A stretch of DNA of 64,000 nt, from positions 1 to 64,000 of the forward strand of contig NIVC01001407.1 in the NCBI GenBank assembly GCA_002269645.1, given 5' to 3'. The notes below the pieces were generated by a model. It saw only the letters and a program-made list of their open reading frames with translations, was not told the DNA's origin and made no database searches. This DNA is from Macrostomum lignano. Its lineage: Eukaryota. The translations under genes and the position numbers were made by a program. Positions 1-13,202 of this stretch are shown piece by piece (position 1 is the first letter of the stretch; the number at the start of each line of letters is the position of its first letter).

Positions 1-578
1 GGCAGTTACATTAGTCTAAAAAGCTGGCTTTACAGACCAACTGTTTACATTGGTGACAGACTTCCCGTCGTTAGGGGACTTACGCTGGGGAAGAGAATGG
101 GGAGAGAGAATGACAGAGATAGAGTCTGCTCAGAGATAGGCTTAGGACAGCTTCTATTCACCTGTAAAGTACATCCTCATGTAGTGTGCAGCCAGCCTTG
201 AGCTTTAGTTTCAGCCATGAAGATTATTCCACATTATTGATTCCCCATCCTTCGGGTCATTGACTTGAATCTAGATGGTACACTTTTTGGCTCCTTTTGT
301 TATACAACACACGTTCTATCCCGTGTAGCTTTGTGGGCTAGTTAGTATTAGCTAGCTAACGGTAAAATCGATAGCTATGATGGCTAGTTTTGGTAAACCG
401 TTAGTCATGGCTGGATTAAAGTTAGCAGAGAGCATCGGAAGTCAATTAGCGATGAATTGCAAATAATAGCTTGTTTTTACAGCACCGGGCAGTGTGTCAG
501 GTAGCTGTTTTATTGGCAATAAGAATACAGGTTTATTGTGCTGCTGAGCACACTGAAGCCTCTGATAGATCTCACCTG

Positions 579-1320
579 TCTTTCTCTTCTCTTCCTTCAC
601 CTCTCTCCTCTTCTCTCTCCTCTCCTCTCTCCTCTCTCCCTCTCTCCCTCTCTACCTCTTCTCTCTCCTCTTCTCTCTCCCACTCCTCCTCTCCTCTCCT
701 CTCTTCCTCTCTCCTTCCTCTCCTCTCTCCCTGCTCATCTCTCCTCTCCTCTCTCCCTCCTCTCTCCCTCTCCCTCTCCTCTCCGCTCTCCCTCTCCCTC
801 TCTCCTCTCCTCTCTTCCTTCCTTTCTCCCTCTCATCTCTCCCTCTCCTCTCTCCCTCTCATCTCTCCCTCTCCTCTCTCCTTCTTCTCTCTCCCTCTCA
901 TCTCTCCCTCTCTTCTCTCCCTCTCCGCTCTCCCTCTCCTCTCTCCCTCTCATCTCTCCTCTCCTCTCTCCCTCTCATCTCTCCCTCTCCTCCTCTCCTC
1001 TCCTCTCTTCCTCTCATCTCTCCCTCTATTCTCTCCCTCTCCTCTCTCCCTCTCCGCTCTCCCTCTCCTCTCTCGCCTCTCCTCTCTTCCTCTCATCTAT
1101 CCCTCTCCTCTCTCCCTCTCCGCTCTCCCTCTCATCTCTCCCTCTCATCTCTCCCTCTCCTCTCTCCCTCTCCTCTCTCCCTCTCATCTCTTCCTCTCAT
1201 CTATCCCTCTCCTCTCTCCTCTCATCTCTCCCTCTCATCTCTCCCTCTCCTCTCTCCCTCTCCTCTCTCCCTCTCCTCTCTCCCTCTCCTCTCTCCCTCT
1301 CCTCTCTCCCTCTCCACTCT
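579..1320. repeat. Pure-pyrimidine CT-rich low-complexity tract (CTCTC/CCTCT)
   Basis: ~740 bp of almost only C/T on the + strand; explains the L/S/P-rich ORFs at 471 and 538. Confidence 0.97.
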
Positions 1321-1841
1321 GACTTTCGAGTGCGCAGCCACATTCAATTGGGGCCTGTGTGTGCACAAAATTAGCCAGTGGGTTGTCGAGCGATTCACAG
1401 CCATGGAGGCCAACCCCAAAGGCACTGCACAGAGTGTACGCTTGTATGTGCTTAGGAGTCAGCGGAATGGGCAGAGCTATCAGGACTATCGTGCATAAGT
1501 TTATAAGTTTATTGACTGGCAGAAAGTACATCGCGTAGAGAGGCTCGATTAACTATTCGAGAACCAAACTTTGTTTCGACTTGATCAAGGACAACGAGGT
1601 GACATTCAGACAGCAGCCCATTTTGGTGAAGCCAAGAAACTACCAGTTGGAAATATGTGCGTTTCTTCGATCGGCGTCAAATTGCTTTGTTTACGGTGTT
1701 ATTTTTGAGCACGATTTGACTGCAAAGTTGCTTTTAAACAGTTTCACAAAGTTAAAATATCTGCTATTATTGTTGTTTATATTAAACGCATACAAGCTGA
1801 TTCTTAGAAAAAAAATCGTCATCAAAGTAGTACTGTAACTT

Positions 1842-4800
1842 CCGCTAGATTAGATATATCAAATGGCGCTTGATTAGATATCAAATGGCGCTTGATTAGA
1901 TATTAAATGGCGCTTGATTAGATATCAAATGGCGCTTGATTAGATATTAAATGGCGCTTGATTAGATATTAAATGGCGCTTGATTAGATATCAAATGGCG
2001 CTTGATTAGATATCAAATAGCGCTTGATTAGATATCAAATGGCGCTTGATTAGATATCAAATGGCGCTTGATTAGATATCAAATGGCGCTTGATTAGATA
2101 TCAAATAGCGCTTGATTAGATATGTCAAATGGCGCTAGATTAGATATCAAATGGCGCTTGATTAGATATCAAATAGCGCTTGATTAGATATCAAATGGCG
2201 CTTGTTTAGATATCAAAAAACACTTGATTAGATATCAAAAAACACTTGATAAGATATCAAATGGCGCTTGATTAGATATCAAATGGCGCTTGATTAGATA
2301 TCAAAAAACACTTGATTAGATATCAAATGGCGCTTGATTAGATATCAAATGGCGCTTGATTAGATATCAAATGGCGCTTGATTAGATATGTCAAATGGCG
2401 CTAGATTAGAAATCAAATGGCGCTTGATTAGATATCAAAAAACACTTGATTAGATATCAAATAGCACTTGATTAGATATCAAATAGCGCTTGATTAGATA
2501 TCAAATGGCGCTTGATTAGATATCAAATGGCGCTTGATAAGACATCAAATGGCGCTTGATTAGACATCAAATGGCGCTTGATGAGATATCAAATGGCGCT
2601 TGATTAGACATCAAATGGCGCATGATTAGACATCAAATGGCGCTTGATGAGATATCAAATGGCGCTTGATTAGATATCAAATAGCGCTTGATTAGATATC
2701 AAATAGCACTTGATTAGATATCAAATAGCGCTTGATTAGATATCAAATGGCGGCTTGATAAGACATCAAAATGGCGCTTGATTAGATATAAAAAAACACT
2801 TGATTAGATATCAAATGGCGCTTGATTAGATATCAAATAGCGCTTGATTAGATATGTCAAATGGCGCTAGATTAGAAATCAAATGGCGCTTGATTAGACA
2901 TCAAATGGCGCTTGATGAGATATCAAATGGCGCTTGATTAGATATCAAATGGCGCTTGATTAGATATGTCAAATGGCGCTAGATTAGAAATCAAATGGCG
3001 CTTGATTAGACATCAAATGGCGCTTGATGAGATATCAAATGGCGCTTGATTAGATATCAAATGGCGCTTGATTAGATATCAAATGGCGCTTGATTAGATA
3101 TCAAAAAACACTTGATTAGATATCAAATAGCACTTGATTAGATATCAAATAGCGCTTGATAAGATATCAAATAGCGCTTGATTAGATATCAAATGGCGCT
3201 TGATAAGACATCAAATGGCGCTTGATTAGACATCAAATGGCGCTTGATGAGATATCAAATGGCGCTTGATTAGACATCAAATGGCGCATGATTAGACATC
3301 AAATGGCGCTTGATGAGATATCAAATGGCGCTTGATTAGATATCAAATGGCGCTTGATTAGATATGTCAAATGGCGCTAGATTAGACATCAAATGGCGCT
3401 TGATTAGATATCAAATGGCGCTTGATAAGACATCAAATGGCGCTTGATTAGACATCAAATGGCGCTTGATGACATATCAAATGGCGCTTGATTAGATATC
3501 AAATGGCGCTTGATTAGATATCAAATGGCGCTTGATTAGATATCAAAAAACACTTGATTAGATATCAAATAGCACTTGATTAGATATCAAATAGCGCTTG
3601 ATTAGATATCAAATAGCGCTTGATTAGATATCAAATAGCGCTTGATTAGATATCAAATAGCGCTTGATTATATATCAAATAGCGCTTGATTAGATATCAA
3701 ATAGCGCTTGATGAGATATCAAATGGCGCTTGATTAGATATCAAATGGCGCTTGATTAGACATCAAATGGCGCTTGATTAGATATCAAATGGCGCTTGAT
3801 TAGATATATCAAATGGCGCTAGATTAGATATATCAAATGGCGCTAGATTAGAAATCAAATGGCGCTTGATTAGATATCAAATGGCGCTTGATTAGATATG
3901 TCAAATGGCGCTAGATTAGAAATCAAATGGCGCTTGATTAGATATCAAATGGCGCTTGATTAGATATCAAATAGCGCTTGATAAGATATCAAATAGCGCT
4001 TGATTAGATATGTCAAATGGCGCTAGATTAGACATCAAATGGCGCTTGATTAGATATCAAATGGCGCTTGATTAGATATCAAATAGCGCTTGATAAGATA
4101 TCAAATAGCGCTTGATTAGATATGTCAAATGGCGCTAGATTAGATATCAAATGGCGCTTGATTAGATATCAAATGGCGCTAGATTAGATATGTCAAATGG
4201 CGCTAGATTAGATATCAAATGGCGCTTGATTAGATATCAAATGGCGCTTGATTAGATATGTCAAATGGCGCTAGATTAGATATCAAATGGCGCTTGATTA
4301 GATATCAAATGGCGCTTGATTAGAAATCAAATAGCACTTGATTAGATATCAAATGGCGCTTGATTAGATATCAAATAGCGCTTGATTAGATATCAAATAG
4401 CGCTTGATAAGATATCAAATGGCGCTTGATTAGACATCAAATGGCGCTTGATGAGATATCAAATGGCGCTTGATTAGATATCAAATAGCGCTTGATTAGA
4501 TATCAAATAGCGCTTGATTAGATATCAAATAGCGCTTGATTAGATATCAAATAGCGCTTGATTAGATATCAAATAGCGCTTGATTAGATATCAAATGGCG
4601 CTTGATTAGATATCAAATAGCGCTTGATTAGAAATCAAATAGCGCTTGATTAGATATCAAATGGCGCTTGATTAGACATCAAATGGCGCTTGATTAGATA
4701 TCAAATGGCGCTTGATTAGATATATCAAATGGCGCTAGATTAGACATCAAATGGCGCTTGATTAGACATCAAATGGCGCTTGATTAGATATCAAATGGCG

Positions 4801-5820
4801 CTTGATTAGATATCAAATAGCGCTTGATAAGATATGTCAAATGGCGCTAGATTAGATATCAAATGGCGCTTGATTAGATATCAAATGGCGCTAGATTAGA
4901 TATGTCAAATGGCGCTAGATTAGATATCAAATGGCGCTTGATTAGATATCAAATGGCGCTTGATTAGATATGTCAAATGGCGCTAGATTAGATATCAAAT
5001 GGCGCTTGATTAGATATCAAATGGCGCTTGATTAGAAATCAAATAGCACTTGATTAGATATCAAATGGCGCTTGATTAGATATCAAATAGCGCTTGATTA
5101 GATATCAAATAGCGCTTGATAGATATCAAATGGCGCTTGATTAGACATCAAATGGCGCTTGATGAGATATCAAATGGCGCTTGATTAGATATCAAATAGC
5201 GCTTGATTAGATATCAAATAGCGCTTGATTAGATATCAAATAGCGCTTGATTAGATATCAAATAGCGCTTGATTAGATATCAAATAGCGCTTGATTAGAT
5301 ATCAAATGGCGCTTGATTAGATATCAAATAGCGCTTGATTAGAATCAAATAGCGCTTGATTAGATATCAAATGGCGCTTGATTAGACATCAAATGGCGCT
5401 TGATTAGATATCAAATGGCGCTTGATTAGATATATCAAATGGCGCTAGATTAGACATCAAATGGCGCTTGATTAGACATCAAATGGCGCTTGATTAGATA
5501 TCAAATGGCGCTTGATTAGATATCAAATAGCGCTTGATAAGATATCAAATAGCGCTTGATTAGATATGTCAAATGGCGCTAGATTAGACATCAAATGGCG
5601 CTTGATTAGATATCAAATAGCGCTTGATTAGATATCAAATAGCGCTTGATAAGATATCAAATAGCGCTTGATTAGATATGTCAAATGGCGCTAGATTAGA
5701 CATCAAATGGCGCCTAAATTAGATATCAAATGACGCTTGATGAGATATCAAATGGCGCCTAAATTAGATATCAAATGAAGCTTGATTAGATATCAAACGT
5801 CGCCTAAATCAGATATCAAA
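1842..5820. repeat. 22-bp satellite (AAATGGCGCTTGATTAGATATC)n, ~4 kb
   Basis: 22-bp period read directly; recurrent variants (AATAGCGC, AAAAAACAC, ATGTCAAATGGCGCTAG); degenerate 3' edge at ~5700-5820. Confidence 0.98.
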
Positions 5821-6449
5821 TGGTACAAAAATTTAGTTTTGATTATATCCTTGGGAATACTCAAAGGAATTTTCAATTTCAACAGTCAAATAATATCAAA
5901 AACCTTTTTATTCTATCACATCAACAACATAATAGATATGGTGGCTTGATTAAAAGTACAAAAAGAACTATAGTGATCCCTACGCCTAATGCTGAATGGG
6001 TTCATAGGGCGGTTATCCAGTGTAAATTGTTAACAATAGAGTTCCGCCAGTATTCAGGAATGCCCCATAATCTCTGCTATGAGCAGGCAGTATTGCTAGG
6101 CCATGACTATATAGTCTCTCTCTATATATAGTATATTATGTAGTTTCCGTAAGCCCCAGCTTTGAGTCCCTTACAGCCCTCCTGGTCCTGCTTGACGACT
6201 AAACTCATGTATTATTAATAACTTGGAGTGCTTGAGTGGCAGTTGGGATGGTTGGGAAAAGAGTAGAGAGGTAGGCAGTGAGGGCAGAGCTAGGAAAATG
6301 AGTTGGTGGACTAGCAGGTAACTCTCAGGCAGCTTCAAGGCAGTCTTGATCTATATATCTATAACAGATTTATTAAAAAATTTAGCATATACGCTGCGTA
6401 TACAGTAACACAGCGGATACAGAGGGTTACTGCCTATATTGTGGCATTA

Positions 6450-7861
6450 GGGCGCCCCTTGGTGCTGGCGCCACTTAGTGCTGGCGCCACTTGGTGCTGG
6501 CGCCACTTGGTGCTGGCGCCACTTGGTGCTGGCGCCACTTGGTGCTGGCGCCACTTGGTGCTGGCGCCACTTGGTGCTGGCGCCACTTGGTGCTGGCGCC
6601 ACTTGGTGCTAAAGCCCCTTGGTGCTAAAGCCCCTTGGTGCTAAAGCCTTTTGGTGCTAAAGCCTTTTGGTGCTAAAGCCTTTTGGTGCTAAAGCCTTTT
6701 GGTGCTAAAGCCCTTTGGTGCTAAAGCCTTTTGGTGCTAAAGCCCCTTGGTGCTAAAGCCCCTTGGTGCTAAAGCCCCTTGGTGCTAAAGCCCCTTGGTG
6801 CTAAAGCCCCTTGGTGCTAAAGCCCCTTGGTGCTAAAGCCTTTTGGTGCTAAAGCCCTTTGGTGCTAAAGCCTTTTGGTGCTAAAGCCCCTTGGTGCTAA
6901 AGCCCCTTGGTGCTAAAGCCTTTTGGTGCTAAAGCCTTTTGGTGCTAAAGCCTTTTGGTGCTAAAGCCTTTTGGTGCTAAAGCCCTTTGGTGCTAAAGCC
7001 TTTTGGTGCTAAAGCCCCTTGGTGCTAAAGCCCCTTGGTGCTAAAGCCCCTTGGTGCTAAAGCCCCTTGGTGCTAAAGCCCCTTGGTGCTAAAGCCCCTT
7101 GGTGCTAAAGCCTTTTGGTGCTAAAGCCCTTTGGTGCTAAAGCCTTTTGGTGCTAAAGCCCCTTGGTGCTAAAGCCCCTTGGTGCTAAAGCCCCTTGGTG
7201 CTAAAGCCCCTTGGTGCTAAAGCCCCTTGGTGCTAAAGCCTTTTGGTGTTAAAGCCCCTTGGTGCTAAAGCCCCTTGGTGCTAAAGCCCCTTGGTGCTAA
7301 AGCCCCTTGGTGCTAAAGCCCCTTGGTGCTAAAGCCTTTTGGTGCTAAAGCCTTTTGGTGCTAAAGCCCCTTGGTGCTAAAGCCCCTTGGTGCTAAAGCC
7401 CCTTGGTGCTAAAGCCCCTTGGTGCTAAAGCCCCTTGGTGCTAAAGCCCTTGGTGCTAAAGCCCCTTGGTGCTAAAGCCCCTTGGTGCTAAAGCCCCTTG
7501 GTGCTAAAGCCCCTTGGTGCTAAAGCCCCTTGGTGCTAAAGCCCCTTGGTGCTAAAGCCCCTTGGTGCTAAAGCCCCTTGGTGCTAAAGCCCCTTGGTGC
7601 TAAAGCCCCTTGGTGCTAAAGCCCCTTGGTGCTAAAGCCCCTTGGTGCTAAAGCCCCTTGGTGCTAAAGCCCCTTGGTGCTAAAGCCCCTTGGTGCTAAA
7701 GCCCCTTGGTGCTAAAGCCTTTTGGTGTTAAAGCCCCTTGGTGCTAAAGCCTTTTGGTGTTAAAGCCCCTTGGTGCTAAAGCCCCTTGGTGCTAAAGCCC
7801 CTTGGTGCTAAAGCCTTTTGGTGTTAAAGCCCCTTGGTGCTGGCGCCCCCTGGTGCTGGCG
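6450..7861. repeat. 16-bp minisatellite GGTGCTGGCGCC(A/C)CTT / GGTGCTAAAGCC(C/T)(C/T)TT
   Basis: 16-bp period; same family as 46127-48958. Confidence 0.98.
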
Positions 7862-8194
7862 TCCCGCTGCGTCCCGAAGACACGATCCATTCCCCAAGCA
7901 ATATCCAGGCTGCATCACTGCTATCTAGATATTTACATATTTTAAACTTATGATAGAGCCAGCAGAAAAGTAGTATATTTGCAGTAAATTTTCACAATCA
8001 TGTCAATTTGTTGTCTCAGTTTACAGTTTCTATGCACGTTAATATACTTTTTTGTTTGCTTGCTTGAAACAAAAGTTTGATAAATTATGCTTTTAGCGTG
8101 TTGTTTAACTATTGTTAATTATGTATGGATCTTGCAGTTTTGATTTGGGAAATGGAAATTTCTTAATTTGCAATCCTCCCCACCGCAATGTCAG

Positions 8195-11100
8195 GTGACA
8201 GCAGGTCCAGCATCAATAGCCAGAAGCCCATTCTGGATTCGACCACAAAAAAGAAGGAACAGATGTTTAACAACTCGGTTATTGATTCGGTGAGCACCCG
8301 TTTTGGCGCTGGGGTGAAGTGAAGTGAATTAGTGAATTGGTGAATGACTGACTGGTGTGAATGAGCTGTTGGAGTGAATCAGTGACTTGAGTGAATGAGT
8401 GAATTGAGTGAACGAGTGACTGGAGTGAACGAGTGACTGGAGTGAATGAGTGACTCGAGTGAATGAGCGACTGGAGTGAATGAGTGACTCGAGTGAATGA
8501 GTGACTGGAGTGAATGAGTGACTGGAGTGAATGAGTGACTCGAGTGAATGAGTGACTGGAGTGAATGAGTGACTCGAGTGAATGAGCGACTGGAGTGAAT
8601 GAGCGACTGGAGTGAATGAGCGACTGGACTGAATGGGTGACTGGAGTGAATGAGTGACTGGAGTGACTGGAGTGAATGAGCGACTGGAGTGAATGAGCGA
8701 CTGGAGTGACTGGAGTGAATGAGTGACTAGATTGAATGAGTGACTCGAGTGAATGAGTGACTGGAGTGAATGAGTGACTGGAGTGAATGAGTGACTAGAT
8801 TGAATGAGTGACTCGAGTGAATGAGTGACTAGATTGAATGAGTGACTCGAGTGAATGAGTGACTGGAGTGAATGAGCGACTGGACTGAATGGGTGACTGG
8901 AGTGAATGAGTGACTGGAGTGACTGGAGTGAATGAGCGCTGGAGTGAATGAGCGACTGGAGTGAATGAGCGACTGGAGTGACTGGAGTGAATGAGTGACT
9001 AGATTGAATGAGTGAATTGAGTGAATGAGTGACTGGAGTGAATGAGCGACTGGAGTGAATGAGTGACTGGAGTGAATGAGCGACTGGAGTGAATGAGTGA
9101 CTCGAGTGAATGAGTGACTGGAGTGAATGAGCGACTGGAGTGAATGAGCGACTGGAGTGAATGAGTGACTGGAGTGAATGAGTGACTCGAGTGACTGGAG
9201 TGAATGAGTGACTAGATTGAATGAGTGAATTGAGTGAACGAGTGACTGGAGTGAATGAGCGACTGGAGTGAATGAGCGACTCGAGTGAATGAGTGACTGG
9301 AGTGAATGAGCGACTGGAGTGAATGAGCGACTGGAGTGAATGAGCGACTGGAGTGAATGAGCGACTGGAGTGAATGAGTAAATGGAGTGTCTGAATGACT
9401 GAGTGACTGAGTGAATGAATGTGTGAGTAAAGAATCACCCAAGCAACCCCCACCGTTTACAACAGCCCGCAGACGACAGCGGCGCCCCCCTGACAACGTT
9501 GCACGCCTCCCCGATGAGCGGGATCCGCGGTGAACTCGCCTCGATGTCATTTCAACCCAGCAGCGGGGACAGACAGACTCTGTTCGACTTCTTCCTAGTC
9601 ATGTCAGTCTGCAACTCCGTTGTGGTATCCATGAACAAAAACCAGTCCGACCCGGAGACGACACAGTCGCAGCCCAGACTCGCTGCAGTCTCAAACAAAA
9701 AGAAAAAGTCTAAAAAATCCAAGAAGAAAAGGCGACGGGGAAACAGTCGAGACGGAGACAACGGCGAATCGGATAGAGAGCAACCACGGCGACGGAATGG
9801 CAACGATTCTGAGACCGACACGGAGGCGACGAGATTGCGTCAGAGACATCGGCGGGACGATCCAACGTCAGCAGCTGTCGCCGAAGATGCACCCGACGAC
9901 GTCGTAGATCCGTCGACAACTAGTAAAAAGCGACGAAGAAGTTTGTCGAGACAGCGCGGCGGCCTCGCCGAACTGCCGCCGCTTGGCGATGGACGAGCAA
10001 CAACGACAACAGCTAATGCCGGATTTTCGGCGCCTAACGACGAGGTTGGAACGCCGGTACGAGGTCGGGCGGGCCGAGCGAGACGAGGTCGAGACGGCGG
10101 TGACAGCGGAGTTGAAGAGTGCAGGTATGAAGTGAAGATGTGTTATTAAGCGGGAATTCTTAGCTGAGTGATATCGAATCGGTCGCTTGTTTCAAAGGAC
10201 CCGAGTTCGATTCCCGGTGGCGGGTCTGCAAGAAGTGATATCAACTGTAACTTTAACAAAGTTAATTGCCGATATTTATCGTAAAAGGCTTTTAGCAATT
10301 TACATGTACATATCGATCAAATAGAGTACATAGACGCGTACTTTTAAATGATATTTCTCAGTGTCGTTTAAGCAGGAAAGGTTTGTTGCCGATATGTAGT
10401 GTATATAACTTTATGCACTGTTGTAAGGAAGTTGTTAAAATGGGCTTAGGATGAGAATTCTGATGGTTACACGTCATTAAGCTAAGAAATTATAAAATAG
10501 GATATCATAAAGCCAATGAGTCAAGCTGTACGTGCCATTTTTATGAGTTTAGACACAGTACATGTATAACTTTATGTAAGGATATAAAATTTACATCTTT
10601 AAGTTTAAAAATGATTTCGGCCTGCCTCCTATAAAAACCAATAGCTAGCAATTTTTGTGCTAAAAAATGAAATCCTCCTATCTCCGTAATGTGTTTTTTT
10701 TCCGGTAAAACCTGCCTCCTAACATTTTCCAAGAAACGTATAGTGCCCCGTCCTACTTAAGTAGTTCTTGATGCGTACCTGTATTACCAGTATTTATCAA
10801 AGTACATTGGATGTACTTTTAAATGATATTTCGTAGCGTAGATAAATTTATACACACTGTTGAAAGGAACCGCTTGAAAATGAGTTTAAGATGTTCATTC
10901 TGAAATTCTGAGACTCACGTGGCCACCCCAAATCTATACCAAAGGTACTCGGACTCAACCCTGCTCGAATCGTACGTGGCCGAAAGTCCGGACGAGGCGG
11001 CTCTGGTGAAAACCGCCTGCGAGTATGGCATGAAGCTGGTGCAGCGAGGCCCAGATTTCTGTTCCGTGTGGCTGCCGGCTCAGGGTCACGTGACCATCGA

Positions 11101-12702
11101 GGTGCTCCACGTGCTGCCATTCGACTCGGACAGGAAGCGAATGTCGGTGATTGTGAGGCACCCGGTGACCGGCCAGGTCATTCTGCTCACCAAAGGTGCG
11201 GATAGCGCAATATTTAGCCGGCTCAAAGAAGAGGACTCAAATGGTGAGTACTGCACACCGTTTTCTAGGTAAAAATTGATCTTTTTTAAAGTACATCTTT
11301 CTTAGGGAATAGCAATTAGCTATAAATCGTACTTTTATAGGAAGCAAACGGTTCTTATTTAATGAATTCTGATTTGAAAGTTATCGTTTCCAAATAATAA
11401 CAGTTAGATTAAAATTAAAAAACTAAAACTAAATTCAAAGTACAATAAGCGTTAGTATCAACCATACAGTAAGCGTATGAATTTATTTCAATTTTATAAT
11501 CATATTATTTTATTAATTTATTTATTTAAAAACTTCATTAATAGTCACAATGATAGTAAATTAACTCTTTGTCGCTAATAAAATCAAATAGGTTAATAAA
11601 ATTAACATTCAATTATCGATTTTACATGTCTAAATAGATTTAATATAATTATTAATTTTTTTTAATACAGATTTAGTATAATGAAACAGCCAATATAATT
11701 AGCTAGTTATTCTACATTCAATCCTATTATTAATAGATTATATTACGTATATTAAATTTATTAATCTCATCTAAGTAAAACAAAAGTACATTCTGAACAC
11801 GTAATTAAAGTACATTAAGACACTTTTATAGCTACAGGTTACAATTCTGAGACATAATTCTGAAAAATATTCACGGCCAAAAGGACACACACATGCACGA
11901 ACTATTTTAAACAGTTAAAAATTCAAAAGTTCCCCGGGAATGATTTGGTGGTGATAAGTTGGGTTTGAGAATCGCCTCAAACTGGGCAATATCCCGCTGT
12001 GCAAAGCTTAAAGTAGCGCTGTCCAACGCCCAATGCAGTACCTAACTGAGCTCACCTGCTAAAAATGAGTGAAGAGTTGTAGTTGCCAAGTCCTCAGCTG
12101 TGTTACCATGGCATCTGCTGGTAGGTGGAGCAAGAGATTTTGCTACTGTATAGCCGCCAAGATTAACCACATGTACGAAATTTTAGTCTGCAAAATTAGC
12201 TGTGCAGTTCTATTGTAGTTTTCCAACTCCAACCTCCCCGTGTCCTGCATATAGAGTCAGTGCAGCCCAGCTATAGAAAATGTCGGCATGTATCCATAGA
12301 AGCTGGAAAATTATCGATTGCTACTAAGAATTTTTTTAGCTTAACTGATTTTAGAAGTACAATGGTTGGTTGCGGGTTGTGTTAGTTAATTGGCTGGCTG
12401 CCAGAATTTAGACAGAATTTAAGACACACTAGAATATAAGACAACAAGACCGAACCCGAATTTACGAAGTACTTGATTGATGAGTTGATTTATTCGGTTG
12501 ATATTTTAATTTGTCAGATCTTGTGGTGGATAGCTTGATTTCATGATTTAATTGGTTGATTGACTGACTGATTTTTTGTTTAAGTGCTTCTTGGATAGAT
12601 AATTGATTGATTGATTAATTGACTGATGAATTGATTGACTAATAGATTGATTGATCGATTGATTGATTGATGATTGGTTGAATATATGATCGATTAATTG
12701 AC

Positions 12703-12750
<48 letters not shown>

Positions 12751-12754
12751 GGAC

Positions 12755-12802
<48 letters not shown>

Positions 12803-12866
12803 GGACTGATTGATTTATTGATGGACTGATTGATTTATTGATGGACTGATTGATTTATTGATGGAC

Positions 12867-12910
<44 letters not shown>

Positions 12911-12998
12911 GGACTGATTGATTGATTGATGGACTGATTGATTGATTGATGGACTGATTGATTGATTGATGGACTGATTGATTGATTGGTTGATGGAC

Positions 12999-13030
<32 letters not shown>

Positions 13031-13166
13031 GGACTGATTGATTGATTGATGGACTGATTGATTGATTGATGGACTGATTGATTGATTGATTGATTGATAG
13101 ACTGATTGATTGATTGATGGACTGATTGATTGATTGATGGACTGATTGATTGATTGATTGATGGAC

Positions 13167-13202
<36 letters not shown>

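Noticed and set aside
471-1374. Long ORFs over CT-rich, GATT, GACA, 12-, 16-, 17-, 23- and 39-bp repeats (also 8329, 12835, 28648, 39258, 45989, 49554, 50412, 57386, 58645, 60331, 61227, 61970)
   Set aside because: They are stop-free only because of repeat periodicity and have no domain content, apart from the real exons some of them overlap.
1322-1838. Open frames TFECAATFNWGL... (1322-1498) and IKDNEVTFRQQP... (1581-1838) as upstream ATP10 exons
   Set aside because: No DKTGT or other P4-ATPase motif and no convincing splice sites.
10150-10235. Functional tRNA gene
   Set aside because: A/B boxes are present but I cannot fold a 7-bp acceptor stem or a clear anticodon arm; treated as a SINE head.
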